DNA of 64,000 nucleotides, from NCBI GenBank assembly GCA_051362555.1, contig CM120640.1, positions 22,988,225 through 23,052,224 of the forward strand. Reading direction: 5' to 3'. Positions 37,061 to 50,700 of this stretch are shown in pieces. Origin of the DNA: Lingula anatina (Eukaryota; Animalia; Brachiopoda). Position 1 is the stretch's first letter, and each line of letters begins with the position of its first letter. The notes beneath the pieces are model-generated. The model was given only the letters and a program-made list of their open reading frames with translations. It was not told where the DNA came from and did not search any database. The position numbers and the translations under genes were made by a program.

Positions 37061-40000
37061 CTATGCCTCCGAGGAGCCAGCATCAGCTTTACTTAATTTT
37101 ATGGCTAGTTCCAAATCTGCCTGCTCTTGCTCTAATTGTTTTCTTCTGGCCTCTTCTGCTTTTTTACTTTCCACTGTTGCCCAAGCAAGCTGTGCATCTT
37201 CACTCTTTCCAAACTAAAACATACAAATATTAAGAAATACAGCCAACTGATCGACTTGTTATTTTTATGAGAGCAGTTACCATATAAATGCCTGTTAATC
37301 TCCTAATGCATTACTAAACTACCAGTTAGATATTTACAATTTTTTCATTTACATCATAAAAGGCTGATGATAAAATGTAAATTGTGGGGCTCATATTTAT
37401 AGTAATAAGCAATTGTTAGTGATAAAACAAATGGCTTTGCTTGATCAGATTTTAACATAATATTATATATTCTGGATAGTGTGGATTTGCACTCTTCTAC
37501 TGAAAACTAAACAATAAATGAAGAACTATTAATGACAATGTATCACTGCAAAAGAACATAATTCTTCTTCAAATAGGAAGAAATGATATGGTCTGAATCT
37601 AGCAAGCAAGCAGTAAAATGCTACTTCTTTGACTCTGTGAACCAAATCAACAGACATCAGCAGCTATTAGCACAGGTGACTGTGCCTGTTAAGAAATACA
37701 GTACGATCACTTTCAAATAAACAAAATCAATAAAATCTACTTTAAAAAAAACTAAATAAATAAATAAAGTTATTTCAAATTTTACCAAATATGTTGGCTC
37801 TGACTCCTCAAACTATGCAGCAATTGAAGAAAAAATTATTCAATCCCACAACTCACCAAAATCTACCCAAAGCTTAATTCATTCTTATTTAGTTTATCAA
37901 ATAAGTTATTAAATTGACTTTAATTTCCACAAAGGCTTAAGCACGTAAATTCATCCAAATACTCAATTAAATATATATATTATCTCAACAAAAGGAGAAT
38001 CATGATCTCACCTTCCCAGGGCTAAAGTCAGCAAAATTAGCAAATGCATCCATTCCACCTCCACCACCTGAACTTGCAAATGGGTCCTGACCTCCCGTGG
38101 AGCTGGCACCAAAAGGATCAGCACCCTCAAATGGGTCGCTGGAGAAGCCCTCGAATGTATCAGTCTTAGTAGCAGTTGCAGCTTTGCTACTAGTTCTAGG
38201 TGGCGCTGGTCTGGGAGGGGGCTGGCGCCGCTGTTTGGGAGGTAATGCTGGTGTTGGAGATTCCGACTTGGAGCGGGACGTGGGGGCAAAAGGGTCACTG
38301 CCAAACAAGTCTCCTCCATCCTTCTGAATTACAAAGTTAAGAATGGAGGCTAGTATGCATTGACGCAATTTTTGCTGGCAATGTAAATGCTGCTAATGAA
38401 AAATTTTACTTATAACTTACTTCACTCAGTTATAAATCTTAATCTGGTGAATCTTAACAATGAACACAAAATTTAAATATGACAGTCAACTTTTGTTATT
38501 ATTCATTTAAACTTCTGTGTATAATTGAAGCACAACATTGTGGTGACTCACCCCCAATCCCTTTGAGCTGCCACCACCACCACCGCCACCACCAAATGGA
38601 TCAAATGGATCGTTTGTAACTGTGAAAACAAGGAACAAAAAAAGTAATTAATTTTTCTTTTTCTTCTTCTTCTTTTTTTTTGTGTGTGTTAATTTAGCAA
38701 CCAGCACGTCACATTTATGCAGTGATAAATTTAAATTTCATATGTTATTACTAATGTTTGTTTTGATCAGTACAGATGGGAACTTTTCAAATTACCTGGA
38801 GCAGCTGATGCTGGTCTGGCTGGAAAACTACTGCCAAAAGGATCACTGGAAGCTGAAAGGTAAAGATGCATTGCAAGGAAATTTACTAACCATGTCATTT
38901 CCACTACTGAAAAATATTTACACTTATTGCAATAGTTCTGAAATGAACAATTGTTCAGTGGATAAAACAGGGAGAAATTTCAACAAGAAAGATAGCAAGA
39001 AAGAAAGAAGACACAAACAGTGTACATGTAGAATGGCTTCTCAATTACCTGCTGCAGCTGATGCTGGCCTCGCTGGAAAACTACTACCAAAGGGGTCACT
39101 GCCACCAAATGGATCATTCTGTAACAGGAATACAGCTTCATCATCATCATTATTATTATTATTATTATTTTAATTATTATTGAATTATAACTTAACGTAT
39201 GAGGCCATTTATATTATAACTTACATTCATTAAATTTCAATATTATATAAGAAAATTTAATAAATTGTTAAAAGAGGGGTAGGGATTGAAACACAAGATG
39301 GATGAATTTCTTTTTTAAAATCACTTGGCAAATATGCTTTGATGGCAAATATGCTCATTCTGTAACAGGAACACAGCATTACTATAATAATACAAATAAT
39401 AATAATAATAATGATAATTTATTATTAAGGGATTATAAATTAATGTTTGTAGTCACTTAAACTATAACTTACATTCATTAAATTTCAATATGACAAACAC
39501 AAAATATGAAAATTTCATAAATTGTTTAAAAAGTGGGTAGGGATTGAAATGCATGATGGGTGAATTTCTTTTTAAAAATCACTTGACAAAATGTTCTGAC
39601 AGTTTTCTGATCAAATAAATAAAAGGAAACAGTTATGATGTCAATAGTCATATCAGTATAACCAAAATTTGTTCTAAGGAGTTTTTAGTGTAGATAATCT
39701 ATCCCCTTTATATTCTTTATACATTTCACTGCATTGAAACCTTGTCTTAAATTTTTCATTTGTTCATGTACATTGGTAATTTAATGACAGTATCTTCTGC
39801 TGGCGTCCTTATGATTTATTGAAAAGACTATGCTTATAAAGTCCAGTGGGAATAATAACATATGTAAACTGGATCAATTGATCAAGATATATTCCTGGAT
39901 TAAGGTGAGTGAAAATAACCAATTTTATCACTTTTTGTTAAAAGAGAATTTTGAAAATCAAAAATCATTTGCCTTCTGCTGAGAAATCTATCTTTTTCTT

Positions 40001-43000
40001 TCTTCATTCTTCTTTTCTTTTTTATTTTTATTTCTTTGAAACGCCACTAGCGAATTCTGTATCTGATATTGCCATGTTAAACACAACTCACCTTGGCACT
40101 TGCTGAGGAACCAAATTCATTTTTGAAAGGATCTCCACCAAAAGGATCAGAATCAAAACCAGAAGACTTAAAGGGGTCAGCTGGAACATAATTATAAGCA
40201 ATTTTGATATTTCAGTTTTCTGTTTAAAAAAAGACTATTAAGAATTATACTAATTTGAATGATATTAAACAATCGGCCTTGCTTATGTGAAACAAGAACA
40301 AGAAAAATCCATTCATCATTCATACTTCAAAAACTCACCACTTTTCAAAAAAAAAAAAACAAAATATAGAACTCACTGCCCCATTTTGGATTTTGAAAAA
40401 TGACTATTTCATATTTCATACATTTATGTGTAAAGATATTAATGATATTTAGGAAAGATATGCTGCTTTATTCAACTAGAAGGTAGCAACTACAAATCAC
40501 AAAGCAATATCTCTTTATTATAAGCTGCCATTTCATATCCAAGGAAAAAAGAAGCAGCTACATATCATAATGCTGAATCTTTTCATTATTAATGTTTAGC
40601 AACATATTCTGTATATAAGGGTCATACCACTTTACCATTGTTTCAAAATGAGAATAGAGAGAGGATAAATTAGAGAAAGATATTATTTATATTATCTATA
40701 TTAATAAAAAAAAGTTTATTCAAAGGGCTACAACTACAGTTGTGCATTTTTTAGACTTACATCCTTTGAAAGGATCTTCACTTTGAGTATTTTTGAATGG
40801 ATCTTCATTCTGAAATGGATCACCACTATTGCCACTGGTAAAAGGATCACTGGAGTCTTTTCCAAAAGGATCGTGATTCTTAAAAGGGTCTTCTTTAAAA
40901 TCTTCAATGCCCGTATCTGTACTAAAACCACTCAGACTACTCATAGGACTGCTGCCTCCCTGGAATGTAATATAGTTTACCTTAACAGTTTGCTTTTTTA
41001 GACCCATTCTTAATTCATACAAAAATTTTAAATCTTTCAATATACATTTGAAATGAGCATACACTTCATATATGAAAAATCGATGCAAACATTTATCTAT
41101 ATTTTAATCATTTTCTAAATGTTTCAGACTAATTTCAACATCTAAATCTGCTCAGCTGAAAGAACGCCCTCTTGTTGTTTAAAAAGATGCCTATCACTTA
41201 CAGTTGTTGCCCTAAAACTGGCCACGTCTCCTTCTGATGGGGCTGGGGTGTGTTTTAACACGGGCTCCGGGCTGCTTATATCACCATTTGTTAGCAGTTT
41301 ATCATACTGGTTGATGGTCTCTTGGATATTCCTCTGCGTTTCTTGGAGTTGCTGAATCTTGGCCTTTGTCTAAAAATGTGTGGCTACATTATATGTTGTA
41401 ATTTTTTCCATATATGGATATAATATTTCTTCCGAACTACATGCCATACAATGAATTTTTAAAATTTTTTTTTTTTTTTTAAGTTTTATGGAAATGAACC
41501 ATGTATTCAATATTTGCTTTGATTGCAAAACATCTACTCATTTTTAGTTCTCTCACAGATTTACTGCATAACACTTGCTTTAATTATTCAATTCTTTCAA
41601 AAATTCATTGTTTAACTTCTGCTTTAATTTTTCCCTTTTCTAAGATATTTCATGTAGCCAAATCTACCTTAATCTCATAATTGTCTAACATCCAATCAGT
41701 TCCATGTGTCTTTAATGCATATAAGTTTAAAACTATTCTACGTGAAGGTTTTCATTTGACACAAAGAGGGTTCATACCTGATTAATTTGAGCACTGGAAT
41801 CTTTTATTGACTTCTCTACACTGTTCAATTGTAATTTGCCATTGTCCCTTTTCTTTTCAAGTTCTGTTTCTTCCTGTTTTAAAGTGTTCAGTTCTATTTT
41901 CATTTTTGCAAGGTCTTCCTCTTGCGTCTGAAATGTAAAACAAACAGAAAATTGGCTCTTTTTGGTGAGCAGAGTGTAACAAGTGATTCTAATGAGCTGA
42001 GATCAACTGCAGTCACAGAATCTCAATGTAGGGAAATAATGATTAACAGACATGAATTCTCACCTTGAGCGATTTTTCTTGACTGGCAATTTCACTCCTT
42101 AATGTGTCCACTTCTCGTTGCTCCTTTTCACATTTTTCCCTTGCCTCTTTCACTGCAAGCTCTAATTTTGATTTCTGAAAATAAATTACAGAAATTGCTT
42201 AATCTGAAAAATCAACTATGCAAGTCATTCCCTTAACATTTTAGTTAAAAAAAAAAACTGTCCACCATTGATATCACTGGGCTCACACCAATTCAATGTG
42301 CAACTTGCTGCCTCTTGAACATCAGAGTTCTACATTACCACTTACAGCAAGCTTGCAAAAATGGTGATGTCAGTACTGATGGAGTGTGGGACTGGTCACA
42401 TCTTACACCCCATTCTCATAGATTAGATCGACCTACATTGGATCGACCTAACTCCCTGGGGGTTCACGCTAAATAGCTGTCAGCCGGGCGGACACGAAAG
42501 TTAATTACCCCTTAAAGCTTGTAGTAGGCGGGGACGGACACTTAAGGGGGATTATCTGACAGTAATCTAGTGAGACTCCCCGCAGTGATAGATCGATCTA
42601 AAAGTTGTGAGAACAGAGCCTTACACTGCAAAGGAAACTCTGATAAGAAAGCTTTAGTCACTGGTCCTTGGTAAATTTAAAACAAATCTACTGGAGGGGA
42701 CACAATATAAACATTTCTTTAAATGAGCCAAGAAAATGAGGAATTCACTAGCTACCGTATGGAGCTTAAGTGAGAGAATCAGAAAATGCAACAAGAGATG
42801 AGGAGGTGAATTTGAGCTGGTGGAGTGGCAGCAATCTTGGCATCAGCCATCACTTATTTTTGCAGAGAAAGCAACTCCCATTCCCAATATTGTCAATGGG
42901 TTTTTTGTTTCGTTTTGTCAGTAAATTCAGTAATGTTCAGACTAGGAAAAGATCTTCAAAACAGCACAAAATATGAATGTTTCAAAGCTGAGACAGAAGT

Positions 43001-46000
43001 GTTTTTAGATGAAAAAAGTCTGAAATAAAAAAGAAAGCAAAATTTATACCCCATCATATTTACAAGTCTTATCATAAATAAATGCAGTCATAACATGCAC
43101 ATTTACAACTCATTTGTTGTAAATCAATGCCAGAGTATTTGTATTAATACTCAGCAGAAGTTAATCATATCATAAATCACATTCTTCCACTAGTGTAAGA
43201 GATAAAGATTGGACAAATACAGTTTGCTTTCTGACTAGGTTTAGCTAATTACAATGGCTGCATTGCATTCCCTACTAATCTGCATGTCCTCATACATCAA
43301 ATTGAGCTTATAAAGTATTTTCATCAAATAAATCAGCATACATGTTACATCTCTGACACAAAAACAGCAGAAAAAATTCCCCGTGAGCCTTTCAATATAC
43401 TAGATGGATATAACAAAATAATGAAAGGGTTTGGCAGAAAGATTAGCATCACATTCGCTTGATATGTATACAGTGCCAACTGTGTGATCAACTTAGGATT
43501 AATTATGTCAGTATCCTTGTAATATTGTATGAATAACTCATCGTAATATGATGCGTTACATATTGCAGCCGTTTTTTTTTCTGACATATCCTGGATTTAA
43601 AAATAAACCAAAGAATTCAGTGGTCGGAGAGATTTCTTAGAGCGCATTCTCAACGAATTAAGCCAGGCTTTACAAAGCCGGTGACCTAAAAATGGCAGAC
43701 GTACATGAAAGAAAAACCGCCTAATCTTTTAATAGTCTCTCCGCCTCTCACACACCTCCCCACACGTCGTCCCTGCGGGGTACAGTAATTAAATCTCGGC
43801 TCCGAACATTAATATTTCCGTGAATATCTCTGGTGATATTATCTCCGTAGATAGTCGATTCATTGCTGCTCTATGGGCCAAATTATTCCTTTTTCGTCTC
43901 TGTTTTCAAAGATAATAGAACAGAAGAGCTTTTTTCCTTCGATCGCCTTCAGCCGCCGTGCTTTCTTCACCACGAGTTTAACTGATGAGCATGCGCACTT
44001 AATATTTCTCAGGTAGCTTCCGCATGGCGAACGGAGCCGAGATTTAATTACTGTACCCCGCAGGGACGACGTGTGGGGAGGCGGAGAGACTATTAAAAGA
44101 TTAGGCGGTTTTTCTTTCATGTACGTCCGCCATTTTTAGGTCACCGGCTTTGTAAAGCCTGGCTTAATTCGTTGAGAATGCGCTCTTAGTTCTCCAAACA
44201 ACTTAAACTGTAGAAAATAATTCATAAACATATCTTTTCATGAATAGTGCACTTCCATAAGAGGATATTGTTAAATTTCAGAAGCAGTGACCTACAAGAA
44301 AATAAAATTCCAACATATATGCAGCAAGACTTCTTTTCCAAAGATCCATCCTCAAAATAAATATACACAGACAGGCAGACAGGCAGATAGACAACCAGAT
44401 AAAAAATAAACACACATTCACAATAAATAAATAAATACTGGTGAAATTACATGATTTTAAAGAATTATCAGTTTACTTGTTATCTACTCTATAACAGGAT
44501 CAGATGTCCCAATGCCTTTAGATTTTATTCATTTACGATGACTTTGTTTTCTATATCTATACTTACTGTGTCATCTAATTCATCCAGTCTCTTCTGTGCC
44601 TCTCCTTTCTGAGTCTCTAGCTGCTGGATGGTATTATTTATAGCATCTAATTCTTTCTGTAACGTCTGCACCTCTCCACTCCTGATCTTGATGTCTGCAT
44701 CTCTCTGAGCCTTGTTCTGTTCTAACTGGATTTTTTCCCTGGAAGATAGTGTAATAAATAGAAAAAAGAAATTAAATGGTTTATCTTGCCAAGCCCAGTT
44801 TCCTGCCTGAAACATAATTAAAATGATTCAATAAGTTACACAGCAAAAGCTGTTCAATGAACACATTTCTGACTGACCATTAAGGCAACAGTAAATAGTT
44901 TAAGACTAAAAAAAATTCGAAAAAAAAAATAATAAATTAATAAAATAAAATACAGATTGGTATGCATGTAATCATCATGAACATGTATTTTTGCAAAAGT
45001 GGTAGGGTCTTTTTCATTTTTTCTATAGCACTTTTACTCTAATACTTTTCTTTTCATTTTGTTGTTCATGTATTGTATTGCTTTATTGATAGTTGTTAAT
45101 ATGGAAGGAGAGGACAAAAGTATTTGCTCAGTTCAATAATTTGTGGGTGTTGGTGGCAAGAGCAGGTCATCGAGTTGTTCAAGCAGGAACACCATGATGA
45201 CCAAGCAGCATGATAAATTGAGAAAATAATGAGATAGATACTTGAGCAAGGTTAGCAATTGATGAAGGTGGGGTAGATAAGGATGCTTGTATTTACTTGA
45301 TTCTATTCTTGTTTCATTTTCTATTTTTAGCGTTACCATTATAGTTTGCTCCCTATATTTTAGACTGTTATATATTTGCTACTTCATATAGCTCCTAATA
45401 ATAATTTGCTCATTATTTTACATCATTCTATAATTCTAGAAGTTGTAGATACTTTTAAGACTTTAAAACTTACAGCATTTTTTTTTTACAATGTATTATA
45501 TGCTTTTTTATAGGAAGGTCGAAATTTGACTTCTTTTGCTACTTCAACACAATTTTTTAATCAAAGCTAGACACTTTATTAGTTAGCACAGCTTAATAAA
45601 TTTGCCTAATAAATGAGAAATACCTGAAATGCCATGTATTTCAATGATTTGAATTGTCTGTTGAGACTAATAAATTCTATAATGAATAAATATAATACAC
45701 TGCAATCCAGATGGCTTTATCTCAGATAAGGAAGAGGGTATACTATTGCGAAAAGATAGCCTGACATATATCGTCAATTTAAATACTCTTCCTTCACTGG
45801 GAATCCCCCTCAAAAATGCAAACACAATGTACTTTGTTTTGTTATTTTTTTTTTCTTGAAAACAAAACCATTTAATATATAATACATGGCTGAAACTTAT
45901 CGCCAATTACTCAAGACTTCAGGATGTTTTTTCTTCCAAAGAATGTAAGGGACACGCGCTACTGACATTCAATGTCTAAATCCATCCATATAAAAATGAC

Positions 46001-47738
46001 AAGCCACATGACACTTTATATTATAATATAATAGGTGATGAAAATACACGGAATTTTCACAGGTGTCCCTTTGTGTCATTAATCTATATAAGAATAAAGG
46101 GGATTCTTTGTCACTTTCTGGAACCATGAATGTCCATACATTAATACTGATGTTCTTAGATAATTTTAACGTATGTATGGAAATGTTATGACAAGGTACC
46201 ATAAGGTAACATAATGCCATAACTGATTATCAAATTGCATCTTTTTTCATGCCAGTTATTATGCTTATTTCAATATGACCAGCAGTTGTAGATATAGAAT
46301 AATTTGACAAATTGATAAATTATAAGATGAGGACACTTTAACCTCACATCCAAAAAGAAAAAAATATATATATGAAGAATGCCAACTGGCGTACACTGTA
46401 ATGAGGGAGAAAATAATAAGATCAGGTATGTTAATATCGGGATCAGTCTCTTATCGGAAAACAAATAATCGTGTGCACACAAACACGTGACAGATTACAG
46501 GCAATGAGGTGGACTCAGGTAGGATGTTGTCTGGGTAATATATGTAGGTCAAAATGGAGATAAGAAATAGCCTGCTTCACACCGGATTTGATGGGCTTGG
46601 TTGGACAGGATTCAAGAGGTAAGTCATGATTCTACGTATACAGCATGAATCCTTAGAGTAAATTTTCAACCAGTATTTTTTTTTCTTTTTATTATCTGTC
46701 ATGTTCCTTATTATCATATTGTTCACAATCTTCAAATAATTCAGTTCAATTGAGTATTGGAACAGACCATAAATACATGCAAAGGTCAAACTCCAGACTT
46801 TCCATTCATTGTTGTCCAACCTTATTGACCCCTTTTAACCAATATAAATAGCGTGGGCCTGATGGCCATTCTTTTTCATAAGGCCGATTTAGTCCAGGTA
46901 AACCATGTATATTGTTAATACTTTTAAATGTAAGACATACAGCAGATTCCCCGTAACTCTGTTCTTAATTCTTAATTCTGTTCTTAATTCTGTATTTTTA
47001 ATTATTACCATTGTAAGTGAAATTCAATGGTCTCTATCTCTATTACCATTGGCTAAATTAAATAGATTTATATAATTCTGGTTTATAAATCATAATTTTG
47101 TCAAGAGCTTTGTATATGGTATACCTTGATAATTGAGAGAAAATTGTTGAAATTTCCATAAAAATTAACAGTTTTACTATATACAGGTCTAACGCTGGCT
47201 GTGCAAGGATAATGAACGTACAGACTTCATTTTCTGATATCCTTAGTTACAAATTAAACTGAACTGCTGGGATGAATATACATTACACTTACATCATATA
47301 ATATGAGTTTCCTGAATACTCAGAGATCTGTTTTCAAGTTCTTAATTCTGTATTTCTAATTATTATGATTATAAGTGAGATTCACTGGTACATGTATGTA
47401 TTTCTATTACGAGAGGCTAAATTAAATAGATTTATATCATTTTGGTTTAAAAATTATAATTTTGTCAAGAGCTTTGTATATGGTATATCTTGATAACAGA
47501 GAGAAAATTGTTGAAATTTCCATAAAAATTAACACTTTTACTATATACAGGTCTAACACTTGCTGTGCAAGGATAATGAATGTACAGACTTCATTTTCTG
47601 ATATCTTAATTCACAACTCAAATTGAACTGCTGGGATGAATATACATTACACTAATATCATACAATTTGAGTTTGATGAAAGCCCCAAAATGTCTTACTT
47701 TAGTTAATTGATTCACGCAAAAAGATTAACGGAATTAT

Positions 47739-47783
<45 letters not shown>

Positions 47784-50700
47784 TTGATCTCGATCAGCTC
47801 GCTCAATGGCTTATTCAAGAAGGGAATTCCATATTACTGCTCTAGACAGTATTTACTTGATGGGGAAGTGTTGTGAAGCAAATGTGGTTTCCAGAGGTGG
47901 ACAAACATGATACTGAAAAGATTCTAAGAGCTACACTATAGCTAATAAGTCCCCGGTCACTTTAATAGCACACGCTGTCTACATCAGACGCGCTAATGCG
48001 CACGTCCCCGACAGTGTTAATGATAGGGGGATTACGATGGACTGCTCACAGCAGTAGGCACTGCCGCCGAAGTTAAACCGGTAATTAAGTCTTTAACTTG
48101 ACTAAACATGTTTTGCTTTGTAACTTGCGTCCTTCAGTCTGTTGCGGAAGCGCCGGCGGGACATATCTCCACCTTGCCGATATTTATCCCGACTCTCGAC
48201 TTTAAAAGTATTATTGGTTTTGATTTTATCAAAGTCTTATTATATCAGAAAACCTGCATATTTTCATAAGTTAAGAGAATTATAGAAACTGTAGAAAAAG
48301 CTACTCGTACATCAGGGATAAAAAACAACACCTTGCAGCACTATTACCTATTATTCATCACCAGAAGTTACTGTTTCACTTTTTTCTCCCAAATTACAAA
48401 GTCTGATGACAACTGAAAGCCTTTAGCCATACCTCAGGGCAGTGGGAGATAGTCTGGATTTGATTAAATGTAATAAAAGTATATTTTGAAGAATTTTCCT
48501 AGCCTTCAGCAATTTCCGCAAAGCTTCGGCATGCGCGGCAATACAGAGCTGTCGATACCTGTGGGCGTGAACAATAGAATTGGTGGAACAACGGTTAATG
48601 TCGTTGAGTCCTCTGCAACCTACCCGACGGGAGTTCGTGTCCCTGTCGATACTTGTGAAGATTTTGAAATTGTCATTATTATAAATATCTATTAATATAT
48701 AAAACAGTCGTGGCTAATTGTTTTTGCAACGGAAAGCACAGTAGGAAGGTTTGTTGTTATTGTTAAAGTTATTATTACTGGGGACATAAATTAGTATGCT
48801 AATCTCTTATCATGGTATAATGATTGATACGATGGGTATCAAATATTTTTCCTTTGATATAAACAACAAAAGAGCGGCCTTCCAAATATCTTTGCTGAAT
48901 GTTTATAACGTAGGTACTATTATGCGCAAAAATATTGATACATGACGCAAACGACATTTACTAATTTTGGTAATATCAATTTTAATTAAAACTAGAGGAT
49001 CAGAGAGGCGATACCGCCTCCGAATATTGTACCACCAGCTGGAGCAAGCGCATTCGTATAGACCCCCACATACACAAAATAAGGGGTGCAGCCACCAGTC
49101 TTGTGCTTGACAAGCTGTAAAAATGCAATCAACAAGAATTTTCAAAATATGCAAAAAATATATATAACTAAAAATGGTGCAATCAAAGTTAAGTTCATTG
49201 TAAGGTAGGTCAAAGGTCAATTTCAAGGTCACAGTAAATTGCCAGTATATGACTTCCTATCCAACTTCAATAGTAACTATGGACCTATCTCTGCCAGTTT
49301 TGGAGATAAAAGGGAAGCAAAATTTGCAAAGTTCAGTTCATGGTGAAAAGTAGGTCAAAGGTCAATTTCAAGGTCACAGTAAGATTGCCAGTATATGACT
49401 TCCTATTCAACTTCAATAGTAACTATGGACCTATCTCTGCCAGTTTTGGAGATAAAAGGGAAGCAAAATTTGCAAAGTTCAGTTCATGGTGAAAAGTAGG
49501 TCAAAGGTCAATTTCAAGGTCACATTTAGATTGCCAGTATATGACTTCCTATTCAACTTCAATAGTAACTATGGACCTATCTCTGCCAGTTTTGGAGATA
49601 AAAGGGAAGCAAAATTTGCAAAGTTCAGTTCATGGTGAAAAGAAGGTCAAAGGTCAATTTCAAGGACACAGTAAAATTGCCAGTATATGACTTCCTATGC
49701 AAGTTCAATAGTAACTATGGACCTATCTCTGCCAGTTTTGGAGATAAAAGGGAAGCAAATTTTGCAAAGTTCAGTTCAAGGTGAAAAGTAGGTCAAAGGT
49801 CAATTTCAAGGTCACAGTAAAATTGCCAGTATATGACTTCCTATTCAACTTCAATAGTAACTATGGACCTATCTCTGCCAGTTTTGGAGATAAAAGGGAA
49901 GCAAAATTTGCAAAGTTCAGTTCATGGTGATAAGTAGGTCAAAGGTCAATTTCAAGGTCACAGTAAGATTGCCAGTATATGACTTCCTATTCAACTTCAA
50001 TAGTAACTATGGACCTATCTCTGCCAGTTTTGGAGATAAAAGGGAAGCAAAATTTGCAAAGTTCAGTTCATGGTGAAAAGTAGGTCAAAGGTCAATTTCA
50101 AGGTCACAGTAAATTGCCAGTATATGACTTCCTATCCAACTTCAATAGTAACTATGGACCTATCTCTGCCAGTTTTGGAGATAAAAGGGAAGCAAAATTT
50201 GCAAAGTTCAGTTCATGGTGAAAAGTAGGTCAAAGGTCAATTTCAAGGTCACAGTAAGATTGCCAGTATATGACTTCCTATTCAACTTCAATAGTAACTA
50301 TGGACCTATCTCTGCCAGTTTTGGAGATAAAAGGGAAGCAAAATTTGCAAAGTTCAGTTCATGGTGAAAAGAAGGTCAAAGGTCAATTTCAAGGTCACAG
50401 TAAAATTGCCAGTATATGACTTCCTATGCAAGTTCAATAGTAACTATGGACCTATCTCTGCCAGTTTTGGAGATGAAAGGGAAGCAAATTTTGCAAAGTT
50501 CAGTTCAAGGTGAAAAGTAGGTCAAAGGTCAATTTCAAGGTCACAGTAAAATTGCCAGTATATGACTTCCTATTCAAGTTCAATAGTAACTATGGACCTA
50601 TCTCTGCCAGTTTTGGAGATAAAAGGGAAGCAAAATTTGCAAAGTTCAGTTCATGGTGATAAGTAGGTCAAAGGTCAATTTCAAGGTCACAGTAAGATTG

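Noticed and set aside
43860-44120. 86-aa ORF inside the Harbinger-type MITE
   Set aside because: It overlaps the TIR, is too short and lacks DDE or Myb-like motifs.
47741-47782. Poly-C tract as an assembly break truncating EPS15
   Set aside because: The next EPS15 exon is present in the correct phase at 60323-60244, so the gene appears continuous.
49023-49115. Cys/Trp-rich putative exon (CQAQDWWLHPLFCVC...) possibly spliced to 53545-53600
   Set aside because: It coincides with the Helentron 3' subterminal repeat and hairpin, and no coherent protein results.
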